A stretch of 64,000 bases of DNA, from assembly GCA_963829525.1 (NCBI GenBank), contig CAWHIJ010000003.1:1536001-1600000 (forward strand), read 5' to 3'. Both the position numbers and the translations under genes were made by a program. Positions 38,278-47,537 of the stretch are shown one piece after another. The notes under the pieces were generated by a model. The model was given only the letters and a program-made list of their open reading frames with translations. It was not told the origin of the DNA and ran no database searches. The stretch comes from an uncultured Actinomycetota bacterium (GTDB lineage Bacteria; Actinomycetota; Actinomycetes; JAHEKZ01). Every line of letters begins with the position of its first letter. Positions within the stretch are counted from its first letter, which is position 1.

Positions 38278-39534
38278 GTGAGCAGGCAACAGCTCGGGCG
38301 TGGCATGGACGGCGGTGACCAGCCCGCCAGTGTCACCTCGCGCCGCGAGGTGGCCGATGACACCGGCTGCGACGTCCTGCATGTCGACATGGACGCGTTC
38401 TACGCATCGGTCGAACTGCTTCGCCACCCTGAGCTTGTCGGCACTCCCGTTGTCGTCGCAGGGGGAGGCACCCGCGGAGTCGTCCTGTCGGCCACATACG
38501 AGGCCCGTGCGCTCGGCGTCCACTCAGCGATGCCGACGTCACGTGCCCGCCGCCTGTGTCCCAACGCCACTTTCCTTGCGCCACACCATGAGGACTACGC
38601 GCGCATTTCATCGGGTGTCATGGCGATCTTCGGATCGGTCACTCCTGTCGTAGAGCCGCTCAGCCTCGATGAGGCCTTCCTCGACGTGCGTGGTGCGCAA
38701 CGAAGGCTCGGGTCACCGGCTGAGATCGGTGAGCTGATCCGTACCAAGGTCCAGGACGAACAGGGCATCACCTGTTCGGTCGGCGTCGCATCCACCAAGT
38801 TCGTCGCCAAGCTCGCCTCGGGGCGGTGCAAGCCCGATGGTCTGCTCGTCGTCCCAGCCGACAAGGTCATCGACTTCCTCCACCCACTCCAAATAGGCGC
38901 CCTGTGGGGAGTCGGTGACAAGACCGAAGAGGCATTGCACCGTCTTGGGCTGCGCACAGTCGCAGATCTGGCGAATACACCGATAGGAACGCTCGAACGC
39001 GCTATCGGCCCAGCTGCTGGACGGCACCTGTGGGAGCTGGCGTGGGGGCGCGATGAGCGCAGTGTCGTCGCCGATACCCAGGAGAAGAGCATCGGCAGGG
39101 ACCGTACCTTCGAGACCGACGTTGACGACGTCGAGGTGGTCTACCGCGAACTGCTGGCCCTCTCGCAGACGGTGGCGCGAGCACTCCGGGGCCGCGAGCT
39201 CGCCGGGAGGACGATCGCGATCCGGGTGCGGTTTGCCGACTTCACCACGATCACCCGCTCGCGCACCTTGGCGCATCCGACCGATGTCGCCCGTGACATC
39301 TACGCAACGGTTGTTGCCCTCTTCGACGCCCTCGGGCTTGATCGAGCTCGACTGCGCCTCGTGGGCGTTCGGGTGGAGGGCTTGGTCGACGGGTCGACCG
39401 TCGCCCACCAACTCACCTTCGACGAGCGCCCCGAAGCTTGGCGCGAAGCTGAGCGGGCCTCTGACCGGGCCGCCGACCGGTTCGGCCGAGGGGTGGTCCG
39501 CCCGGCAAGCCTGGTCGAGTCGCCCGACCCCTGA
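38278..39534 (+). CDS. dinB: DNA polymerase IV (Y family)
   Basis: HVDMDAFYASVE, YEAR, SLDEAFLD, KFVAKLAS..KPDG, LWGVG, RLVGV, C-terminal QLTF clamp-type motif. Confidence 0.95.
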   Translation: MSRQQLGRGMDGGDQPASVTSRREVADDTGCDVLHVDMDAFYASVELLRHPELVGTPVVVAGGGTRGVVLSATYEARALGVHSAMPTSRARRLCPNATFLAPHHEDYARISSGVMAIFGSVTPVVEPLSLDEAFLDVRGAQRRLGSPAEIGELIRTKVQDEQGITCSVGVASTKFVAKLASGRCKPDGLLVVPADKVIDFLHPLQIGALWGVGDKTEEALHRLGLRTVADLANTPIGTLERAIGPAAGRHLWELAWGRDERSVVADTQEKSIGRDRTFETDVDDVEVVYRELLALSQTVARALRGRELAGRTIAIRVRFADFTTITRSRTLAHPTDVARDIYATVVALFDALGLDRARLRLVGVRVEGLVDGSTVAHQLTFDERPEAWREAERASDRAADRFGRGVVRPASLVESPDP

Positions 39535-39548
39535 TGGAGCCAGCTGGG

Positions 39549-39577
39549 CTCCAGACGATCATGGGCTGTGCCGATGA
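39549..39577 (+). promoter_or_regulatory. Possible sigma-28/WhiG-type promoter upstream of the DUF3040 gene
   Basis: CTCCAG-N15-GCCGATGA. Confidence 0.35.
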
Positions 39578-39725
39578 ACAAACGGTCACAGTCATTGCCG
39601 GTGATTTGCCGGTGGAGTTTCGCACTGGCGTCCGGGGACCTATCCTGGACGGGAGGGACGACCAGTTTCCCTCGTCCTCGGGTGAGCCCGGGGACGAACT
39701 GTGGTAGTCCAGCGAGGAGGAGGCC

Positions 39726-40104
39726 ATGCCGCTCTCTGAGCACGAGCAGCGCCTGCTCGAGCAGATGGAGCGTCAGCTCTACGCCGACGACCCCAAGTTG
39801 GCATCGACGCTTCGCGGAAGTGGTCGGTCGCTGCGTTCTCGACACCGGCTTGTCCTTGGTGCCCTGGGCGTAGTCCTTGGTCTGGCCGTGTTGGTTGCCG
39901 GAGTTGCGTCTCAGTTCTGGCCCGTCGGCGTGGCTGGCTTCCTCGTCATGCTGGGCGGCGGCTGGTGGGCGAGTACCGGTTGGCAAGGTGCGACGCGCAA
40001 CGCCTCTGCGGCGCCGCAGCAGTCACCAGAAGAGCTCACAACGCTCGGGATTCATGAACCGCATAGAAGAGCGCTGGGATCGCCGTCGCGACGGCGACCA
40101 GTAG
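39726..40104 (+). CDS. DUF3040-family membrane protein (apparent frameshift near 40000)
   Basis: MPLSEHEQRLLEQMERQLYADDPKLA, two TM helices; conserved tail SGFMNRIEERWDRRR lies in the frame of ORF 39877..40104; GAGGAGG RBS. Confidence 0.88.
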
Positions 40105-42617
40105 CCGAGCTGCAGCACGCACCGCACGGCCTTCTGCTTGGCGGCCCCGTCCACTTGGTATGGCCTGGTCCACTTGGTCTTATCCGGTTGGCGCTTGCTG
40201 ACGTGACTTCGGCGTTCGCCAGTGCTGCCAGCGATCGGCCAGCCACTCGGCTGCGTGGTTCCGCCGTCGGCAAGGGCCAAGCGTCCAGAGGTGGGCCACC
40301 AGATGGCCCGACGTCGGTCGCGGGGGGAGATAGCCGCGTACAGGTCGCCACGGATGTCGCCGGCCAGCTGCTCTGATCTGTCCGGGACGGTCAGCGCGGT
40401 CGGCGGAACCGCGGTAGCGCAAGAACTCGACCCAGCGAGCCAACTGGCGCAGCTGTGCCGCTCGGGTGGGGCTGAGCCCACCTCGGGTCGGAATACGCTC
40501 GGCCAGATCGCGTGGCGTCTCGGTCGGCAGTGGACGCAGGTCGACATCGGTCGCCGCGTCGAGGACTTCCGCCCAGGCCGCGAGTATCGCGCTGTCGATT
40601 GACCCAGCATGGCGCCACCGTGACCGACGAACCATGACCGACGCCGCCTTGGGCGCGGCGATGGCGGCACCGCCCACCGCGATGACGAAGCAGCCACAGC
40701 AGGACCGTCGAGCCGTTGCCTTGCTCGGTGTCGGTGGCGGCCGAGCTCGACCCGATCGACTGGCCGCCTCGGTTGGCTCTGAGTCACCTCACGAGGTCGG
40801 GCGTCGTCCACCGCCGTTGCTGAGAGATCCGCCGCCGCGGCGGCAGAACCACACCACCGCCATCGTCGCGCCTCCACCCGGGTTGGCGGTGCTTGTCTTC
40901 TTGGGGTACGGGTGCCCAGCTCGGCGTAGCTCCACCATCGCCACCCCCTGGTGTGGGCTCGAAGCGGACCCAGCCCACGCCTTCGAACCACAGCTCGGGC
41001 CAGGCGTGCGCGTCGTGCGTCGTGACGACCCAGGTGCCGTCGTCGTCCTGTTCGCCGGGGGTGAATCCGACCTGCACCCGGGACGGGATGTCAAGGCTTC
41101 GGGCCATCAGCGCCATCGTCGCTGCGAACTGCTCGCAATATCCGCTGCGGTCTCGCAGGAAGTCTTCTAGTGCATCTGTGGCGTTTCCTTCCACCGTGTC
41201 GAGGCTGTAGGTGAAGTTGGTGCGGAACCAGTTCTGCAGCGCAAGCGCGCGGCCGTAGTCAGTCGTTGCGTCGGCGGTGACGTCCTCGGCCAGTGGAGTC
41301 AGTCGCTCCTCGATGCCGTCGGGGAGGTCGAGCCATTGGTAGAGGCGAGTTGTTGACCGATGGGTCCGCCGGGGGTGCTGCCTGCAACTGCTCGATGGTG
41401 GGCGTGATCTCCAGAGCGGTCGCGGTGTACTCCTGACCAAAAGCCGAGCCCTCCTCCTCGGCGCTGAAGACGTCGAAGGTCTGCTCGTCCCACCTCCAGT
41501 CGCCTGCGATATCGACCTTGGTGACCGGATAGGGGAGTGGCAGTCGGGGGGTGTCGAGAGCCCCGACGGTGATGTCGTAGCTCACCGGCGTCCGCGCGAT
41601 TGCGTCGGAGAGCCCAGGGGGGCTCGGTAGACCCGCCGGAGGCCTGTTGGTCGCTGCCCGCTGCCATTTCCTCGAGCGTCCAGGTCGTGCCATTGAACTT
41701 GTCGAGGGTGGCGATGCGCAGGTACTGAGGCGTCTGGGCCGCAGTTGTGTAGAAGAGGACCGCGCTGTCGTCCTGTTGAGTCAGATTGCGCTGCAGGTCG
41801 GTGATCGGGTTGATCGTGACGACGGTGCGGGCACTTGGTGACGACGCACCGCTGCCGTCACCCCCACTGCCGTCACCAGAGCCGCCACCGAACCTGCCGT
41901 CGCCGAGGCTGGGAAGAATCACCGGGACGATGACGGCAACGGTGAGCGCTGCGGCACCCAGCCTGCGGCCCGTGCCGCCCACGGAATGCACCTTCCCGTC
42001 GGCTCCGCCATCGATAGGCCGACCCCAGCGGGACAGTTCGACACGCCCGTCCTCAAGCAGGAGCAGCAACCAGCCAATGCCTGCCGCCAGGAACAACGGC
42101 CACGGGACGCCGTCAGGCAGCACCGTTGCCGGCACGAGGTAGAGCGTTAGCAGGGGGATGCCGGCGAGTGCCGCACGTCGACCACTGACCGCAATGGCAT
42201 CGACCGCCCAGGCGATGAGCGCCACGCCACTGACCACGAGGAACTGAATCCCTGCCGTGGCGGTCACCGGCGCGGTCTCCTGCGTGATCACGGTGTTTCC
42301 GTCACGTGCGAGATCGGCGAACACTCGCCAACGTCGCCATCTGGGAGGATCGCCGAACGCCGCGGTGTCTCTGGCGAAGAGCAGCGTCAGCAGCAGCAGC
42401 AGGCCACACGCCCTGCGCAGCCACGACCACCCATGTGGGGAGACCGAGGGCCCGGCCGGCAGCTCCGATCACCGCGACTGTTGCGATGGCGATCACCGAC
42501 ATGGCGAACCACGGACCGGTGAGCGTGGGGGAGAGCGCGAATGTCGTCAGCAGCGACGGCGACAGCGGCGGCCAGGGTGGGACGTAGCTGGTGCGACAAG
42601 TTTGCTCGCCTGCTCAT
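40023..42617 (-). CDS. Membrane transglutaminase-like protein (TgpA/DUF3488 type); several apparent frameshifts, 3' end uncertain
   Basis: TM-rich N-terminal half, YLRIATLD, catalytic GYCEQFAATMALMARSLDIPSRV..GF and HAWPELWF..GWVRFEPTP, spread over several frames. Confidence 0.8.
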
Positions 42618-43897
42618 GCCGGCACCTCAGAGCCGATGGTGGCCGAGCCGGAGAACCCTCCGGAGAAACCGAGGTGGGCCCAGACGTCGACCGAGGAGCT
42701 GGCCGCGGCCGCAGCGGTACGACCGCCCACCCGGCTGCCGCCAGCAGTGCCCAGGCGTCGGCGGTGTCGGCGGAGCGTGCTCTCGCGCCATGACGCGGTG
42801 TCGAGGGTGACTGCGACCGTTGTGCCCATGCCGTGTCTGGCTCGCGCGAGCTGGTCGGCTTCCTTGACGGTGATCGCGCCGAGGACGATCACTACCAGCC
42901 CGTCACTGCCGTGGCGGACCGAGGCGGTGAGTGAGTGGATGCTCGCCGAACGTGAGGGCTGCGCTACTGCAAGGGCGTCAAGCAACATGCCGGTCGGGTC
43001 GCTGCTCGCACCGTCGTCGACGGCGCTCTTGGTCGTGAGCTCGTGCCCGTCGGCGACCAAGCGCACCGCGTAGCCGCGATGTGAAAGGTGCATTCCGATC
43101 GAGGCGGCGGCACCGACGGCACGTTCGAACGATCCCGACAGCGACTCGCCGACGTGGGCGGTCTGGCGATCATCGAGAATCACCGTTGCGCGGCTCTCCC
43201 ATGGCTGCTCCTCCCTGCGGACCATGAGCGCGCCAGACCGAGCCGTTGCGCGCCAATGCACTCGACGTAGCTCGTCGCCGTGTCGGTACTCGCGAACCGC
43301 GACATCGTCCTCTCCGGCGGCGGCGATCGAGCGGGCTCGGCTCTCACCGGTGCCCGACCAGTCGCCGGAGAGAGGAACGGAGGGGAGTGGTTCGACACGC
43401 GGCGTGACCAGCAGGTGGCGCTGTCCACTGAACGACCGGTCGAGCTGGCAGAAGCCGAACGGGTCGGTCAGCCGCACCGACAGTGGGCCGATGGGGTATC
43501 GCCCCCGTCGGTCGGCGTGCACCGTGTAGCTGACTGATCTCACGCTGAGCGGAGCCAGACGATCGACGACGAAGCGAGGCCGAGGGCCGAGGGCGGGGGG
43601 CACCGTGTCCTCGACCATGAGCAGCCCGGTGGGGAGGTGGGCGACGTTCTCCAGTCGCACGGTCACTGTGGCGGACTCGCCGGCCGGTGTCCGCGAGGGC
43701 TCAACGGTGCGGTCGGACGCGAGCCGGAAGCGAGTACGCGCGACGCTGGCAGCGGCCAGCAGGGGCAGTGCACTCGCCAGCAGGCCGACACGCATGATGT
43801 CTTGCTGGTCGAGCATCGCGGCGAGGACAAAGGCGGTCAGACCCGCCGCCAGCAGTGCCCGACCACGGGGGGTAAGCCCTGCTAGTGCGGCGCGCAC
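42614..43897 (-). CDS. DUF58-domain protein (C-terminus probably affected by indels)
   Basis: GLTPRGR, RRGRYPIGP, DPFG, VREYRHGDELRRVHWRATAR..LMVRREE, FERAV. Confidence 0.88.
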   Translation of the reverse strand: MRAALAGLTPRGRALLAAGLTAFVLAAMLDQQDIMRVGLLASALPLLAAASVARTRFRLASDRTVEPSRTPAGESATVTVRLENVAHLPTGLLMVEDTVPPALGPRPRFVVDRLAPLSVRSVSYTVHADRRGRYPIGPLSVRLTDPFGFCQLDRSFSGQRHLLVTPRVEPLPSVPLSGDWSGTGESRARSIAAAGEDDVAVREYRHGDELRRVHWRATARSGALMVRREEQPWESRATVILDDRQTAHVGESLSGSFERAVGAAASIGMHLSHRGYAVRLVADGHELTTKSAVDDGASSDPTGMLLDALAVAQPSRSASIHSLTASVRHGSDGLVVIVLGAITVKEADQLARARHGMGTTVAVTLDTASWRESTLRRHRRRLGTAGGSRVGGRTAAAAASSSVDVWAHLGFSGGFSGSATIGSEVPA

Positions 43898-43898
43898 G

Positions 43899-44896
43899 TC
43901 AGCCGGCCGGTATCGCCGTGCTGTCGACCAACGACTCCACGACCGAGACGCTGGTGCGTCGCGCGATCTGGGCCTCAGCAGTCAGCAGGAGACGATGGGC
44001 CAGAACCGGAACAGCCAGCGAGCGGACGTCGTCGGGAAGGACGAAGTCGCGGTCGTCGAGTGCTGCAGACGCCTTGGCCGCTCGGATCAGCTGGAGCGTG
44101 GCTCGCGGTGACGCACCCAATCTGAGGTCAGGGTGGCGTCGTGATGCGATGACTAGGTCGACTGCGTACCGGTGTACCTCGGTGCTGACGTGCAGGTCGC
44201 GGACCTGGTCGATCAGCGCCTGCGACGTCGGATGCCGTGGCCACGGGAACGATGTCATCAAGTGGGCGACCTGCACCGTGCACGGCGAGCATTTCCATCT
44301 CGGCCGTCCGGTCGGGATAGCCCATCGACAGTCGCGCCATGAAACGGTCCCGTTGCGCCTCTGGCAGCGGGTAGGTGCCCTCCATCTCGATGGGGTTCTG
44401 GGTCGCCACCACCATGAAGGGCGTCGCCAGTGGGTACGTCGCACCGTCGACGGTGACCTGGTGCTCCTCCATCGCCTCGAGCAGTGCCGACTGCGTCTTG
44501 GGTGACGCGCGGTTGATCTCGTCGCCGATCACGATGTTGGCGAAGACCGCTCCCGGACGGAACTCGAAGTCGCGCGTCTCCTGATTGAAGACGCTGACCC
44601 CGGTGATGTCGCTGGGCAGCAGGTCGGGAGTGAACTGGATGCGGCGAACGGTGCAGTCGAGTGCTCGGGCCAGTGACTTGGCCAGCATCGTCTTGCCGAC
44701 GCCAGGCACGTCTTCGATCAGCAGGTGCCCTTCGGCCAGCAGCGTGACCAGGGCAAGGCGGATGGCGTCTGGTTTGCCTTCGATGACGCCCGCAACAGCG
44801 TCGCCGATCTTGGCGCCGCGAGCAGACACCCCTGGCGCTTCGGGTGGAATCGCCCGCCTCTGCCGGTGAGTGCGCTGAGCCGTCGACCGCGGTCAT
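43899..44896 (-). CDS. moxR: MoxR-family AAA+ ATPase (apparent frameshifts near 44830 and 44220)
   Basis: [63 protein letters not shown]; start uncertain. Confidence 0.88.
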
Positions 44897-45091
44897 GGCA
44901 CATCCATGGAAACGGGGTGACGGCACCGGGCCTCCTGTGGGTCGGCGGCGAACTTGCGGGACACCTCGGGATCAAGGTCTCCAGCGTAAGCCGCGCGAGG
45001 GGTAGCGGCTCGCCTCAAATCCGCCGCTCCACTTCACCCCACCGCGATGATCTGCGATTTTTCCTCTTAAGCAATCAACATACAGGTCGAT

Positions 45092-45135
45092 GTGGTTGAC
45101 GGTGGGGGAAAGTGGAGTATGGTGGCGCATCGTGG
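45092..45135 (+). promoter_or_regulatory. MraZ-type direct repeats overlapping the dcw promoter
   Basis: GTGG at 45092, 45102, 45112, 45122 and 45132 (exact 10-bp phasing), overlapping TTGACG-N16-TATGGT. Confidence 0.8.
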
Positions 45136-45163
45136 GTCACAGCGGAGAGGGGAGGCGGAGCCG

Positions 45164-45592
45164 GTGTTCTTGGGAACGCACTACCCCAAGCTCGACGACA
45201 AGGGACGCCTCTTCCTGCCGGCCAAGTTCCGCGAGCCCCTCCAGGGGGGGCTGGTGATCACCAAAGGGCAGGAGCACTCGCTCTTCGTCTTCCCCCGCGA
45301 GGACTTCTTCGACCTCGCCCGCCGCTTCGAGAGCGCTCCTTTGTCGAGCAAGGGTGCCCGCGACTACGTCCGAGTTCTGCTGTCCGGCGCTTCCGACGAG
45401 CTCCCCGACCGCCAGGGCCGCATCACGATTCCCCCGACCCTGCGCGAGTACGCCGGGCTGAGCAAGGAGTGCGTCGTCATCGGTGCGGGCGCTCGGGTAG
45501 AGATCTGGGACTCAGCCCGATGGACGGACTACCTCGGTGCGAGTGAGGGTGCGTACGCCGACCTCGCCGAGGAGGTGCTGCCCGGCATCTGA
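45164..45592 (+). CDS. mraZ: Division/cell wall cluster transcriptional repressor MraZ
   Basis: FLGTHYPKLDDKGRLFLPAKFR, DRQGRITIP, RVEIWD. Confidence 0.95.
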   Translation: MFLGTHYPKLDDKGRLFLPAKFREPLQGGLVITKGQEHSLFVFPREDFFDLARRFESAPLSSKGARDYVRVLLSGASDELPDRQGRITIPPTLREYAGLSKECVVIGAGARVEIWDSARWTDYLGASEGAYADLAEEVLPGI

Positions 45593-45611
45593 TCCCACCG
45601 TCCCTGCGGCG

Positions 45612-45698
45612 TGGTCTTCCGCCGCTCTGCTTCCTGTCGGGTTGTTCCTGGCGCACTTCCCCGGTGCCAGGCCCCGAAGCCGGAGCGGAGGAAGACCA
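45612..45698 (+). ncRNA. mraW RNA motif-like long hairpin
   Basis: Extended stem TGGTCTTCC..CCTGGCGC / GTGCCAGG..GGAAGACCA closing a loop ACTTCCCCG; position between mraZ and mraW(rsmH) and the CUUCCCC loop match the actinobacterial mraW motif. Confidence 0.75.
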
Positions 45699-45744
45699 GG
45701 CCAACAGGGCCGAACGATCTCTCGCCAGTCCCACAACAGCTCTT

Positions 45745-45790
45745 TCAGTCCGATCGAGTCCAGTCCAGCCCTATTCAGTCCAGTCCAGCC
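45745..45790. repeat. Imperfect CAGTC pentamer array including AGTCCAGTCCAGCC x2
   Basis: Read directly downstream of the hairpin. Confidence 0.6.
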
Positions 45791-45808
45791 GCACGTGAAG
45801 GGTCGAGC

Positions 45809-46015
45809 ATGAGTGGCACGTTTGGCGTCAACCCGGTCCGCGAGGTCGGTGTCGGTGGCGTGTCGCGGCTCGTGCGGTCGGTGCCTGGATGCGTCGGGAC
45901 GCTACGACGCCGCGGAGGTCTCACGGTGCCGGTCGCGGTTCCGGTTGCGATCGCCGTCACCGTGACCGTCGTATGGATGACGGTCACAGTCGCGGGTATA
46001 TGGATCGCCGCATGA
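45809..46015 (+). CDS. Candidate 68-aa Val/Thr-rich small protein, stop overlapping the rsmH start
   Basis: ATG after GAAGGG, hydrophobic C-terminus [33 protein letters not shown] overlap with rsmH. Confidence 0.35.
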   Translation: MSGTFGVNPVREVGVGGVSRLVRSVPGCVGTLRRRGGLTVPVAVPVAIAVTVTVVWMTVTVAGIWIAA

Positions 46016-46959
46016 GCGAGCCGACCCACGCCCCGGTGATGTGTGACCGGGTCGTAGCGTTGCTCGCCCCGGCGTTGCAACAGCCTGGCTCGGTCCTGGT
46101 GGACGCCACGGTCGGCCTCGGTGGACATAGCGGTGCGCTGTTGCGCACCTGCCCTCAGGCGCGGCTGGTCGGGATCGACCGTGACCCAGGGGCCCTGGCC
46201 ATCGCCGGCGCCCGCCTGGCCGATGTTGCCGAGCGCACCACCTTGGTCCACGCGGTCTATGACCAGATCCCACAGGTCCTCTCCGATCTGGGTTTGGCGG
46301 GCCTTCCGAGCGTTCACGGTGTGCTCCTCGACCTCGGTGTCTCTTCCATGCAGCTCGACCAGAGGGCGCGCGGGTTCGCCTACTCCTACAACGCCCCCCT
46401 GGACATGCGAATGGACCCGACGGCTGGGCTGACCGCCGCTGATGTCGTGAACGAGTACAGCGTCGCTGAGCTCGCACGCGTCCTACGTGAGTACGGCGAA
46501 GAGCGTTTCGCAACGCGCATCGCACGCGTGATTGCTGAGCGCCGTCCCTTGGCAACGAGCTCCGAGCTGGTGGATGCGATTCGCGAGGCCATTCCAGCGC
46601 CGGCACAACGCACCGGTGGGCACCCGGCCAAACGCACGTTTCAGGCGCTGCGGATCGAGGTGAACGACGAGCTGGGTGCGCTCCGTCGCGCACTCCCGGC
46701 AGCGATCGACGCGCTGGTCGTTCACGGCCGCGTCGTTGTCATGTCGTACCAATCGCTTGAGGACCGCATCGCCAAACGAGCCATTGCCGAGTACCTCGTT
46801 GACGATGTGCCGGCCGATCTACCGGTTCCAGGACGGGGCCCCGAGCTCACCCTGCTGACCCGGGGTGCCGAGCGTCCGACCAGCGCCGAGGTCGCGGCGA
46901 ATCCCAGGGCCGCATCGGCACGGGTACGGGCAGCTGAGCGACTCAGGGAGGCGGCATGA
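46012..46959 (+). CDS. rsmH: 16S rRNA m4C1402 methyltransferase
   Basis: [55 protein letters not shown]. Confidence 0.96.
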   Translation: MSEPTHAPVMCDRVVALLAPALQQPGSVLVDATVGLGGHSGALLRTCPQARLVGIDRDPGALAIAGARLADVAERTTLVHAVYDQIPQVLSDLGLAGLPSVHGVLLDLGVSSMQLDQRARGFAYSYNAPLDMRMDPTAGLTAADVVNEYSVAELARVLREYGEERFATRIARVIAERRPLATSSELVDAIREAIPAPAQRTGGHPAKRTFQALRIEVNDELGALRRALPAAIDALVVHGRVVVMSYQSLEDRIAKRAIAEYLVDDVPADLPVPGRGPELTLLTRGAERPTSAEVAANPRAASARVRAAERLREAA

Positions 46960-47537
46960 GTACCGCCACAGCCACACCTCGATCGGGAAGCCCATCGAAA
47001 CGAGGTGCGACACCGAGGCGGCGCCCCGTCAGTCGCCCTCCCGTCCGCGTCGTCGATGCGCCGGCTGTTCGACCGGCGCGAGCCCCGTTCGTTGTTCTGG
47101 TACTGGTTCTGCTCTCACTGGGACTCGGCGCGCTCCTTCTCCTGAACACTCTGCTGGCCCAGGGCTCGTTCACCCTGCACGAACTCGACGCAAAGGTGGC
47201 CAATCTGGCCGACCAGGAGCAGGCGCTGCAGCAGAAGGCGGCTGCGCTTGCCTCGCCCAAGCGGCTCACGCGGAGTGCGACCGAGCTTGGAATGGTGGCG
47301 TCGGTGAACCCCGCATTCCTGCGCGCCGAAGACGGCAAGGTTCTCGGCGCGCCGGTTCCGGCCGCGAGCCCACCCCCCGTGGTTGGATCAGAAACCAGCA
47401 CAGCAACGGCGCAGGTCAACGAGAACTCGCAGGCTTCCCAGGACAAGCAGTCTCAGAAGTCGGAGAAGCCTCAGCAGTCTCAGCAGGATGACCAGACACA
47501 GCAGAACGACGCAGGCAACGGAGGGGCAGATCGGTGA
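46956..47537 (+). CDS. ftsL: Cell division protein FtsL-like, with Gln-rich tail
   Basis: TM helix, [14 protein letters not shown], coiled coil, ELGMV; located between rsmH and ftsI. Confidence 0.75.
   Translation: MSTATATPRSGSPSKRGATPRRRPVSRPPVRVVDAPAVRPARAPFVVLVLVLLSLGLGALLLLNTLLAQGSFTLHELDAKVANLADQEQALQQKAAALASPKRLTRSATELGMVASVNPAFLRAEDGKVLGAPVPAASPPPVVGSETSTATAQVNENSQASQDKQSQKSEKPQQSQQDDQTQQNDAGNGGADR

Noticed and set aside
40023-44896. MoxR-DUF58-transglutaminase operon as a novel system
   Set aside because: Well-known conserved triad, commonly found next to the actinobacterial dcw cluster
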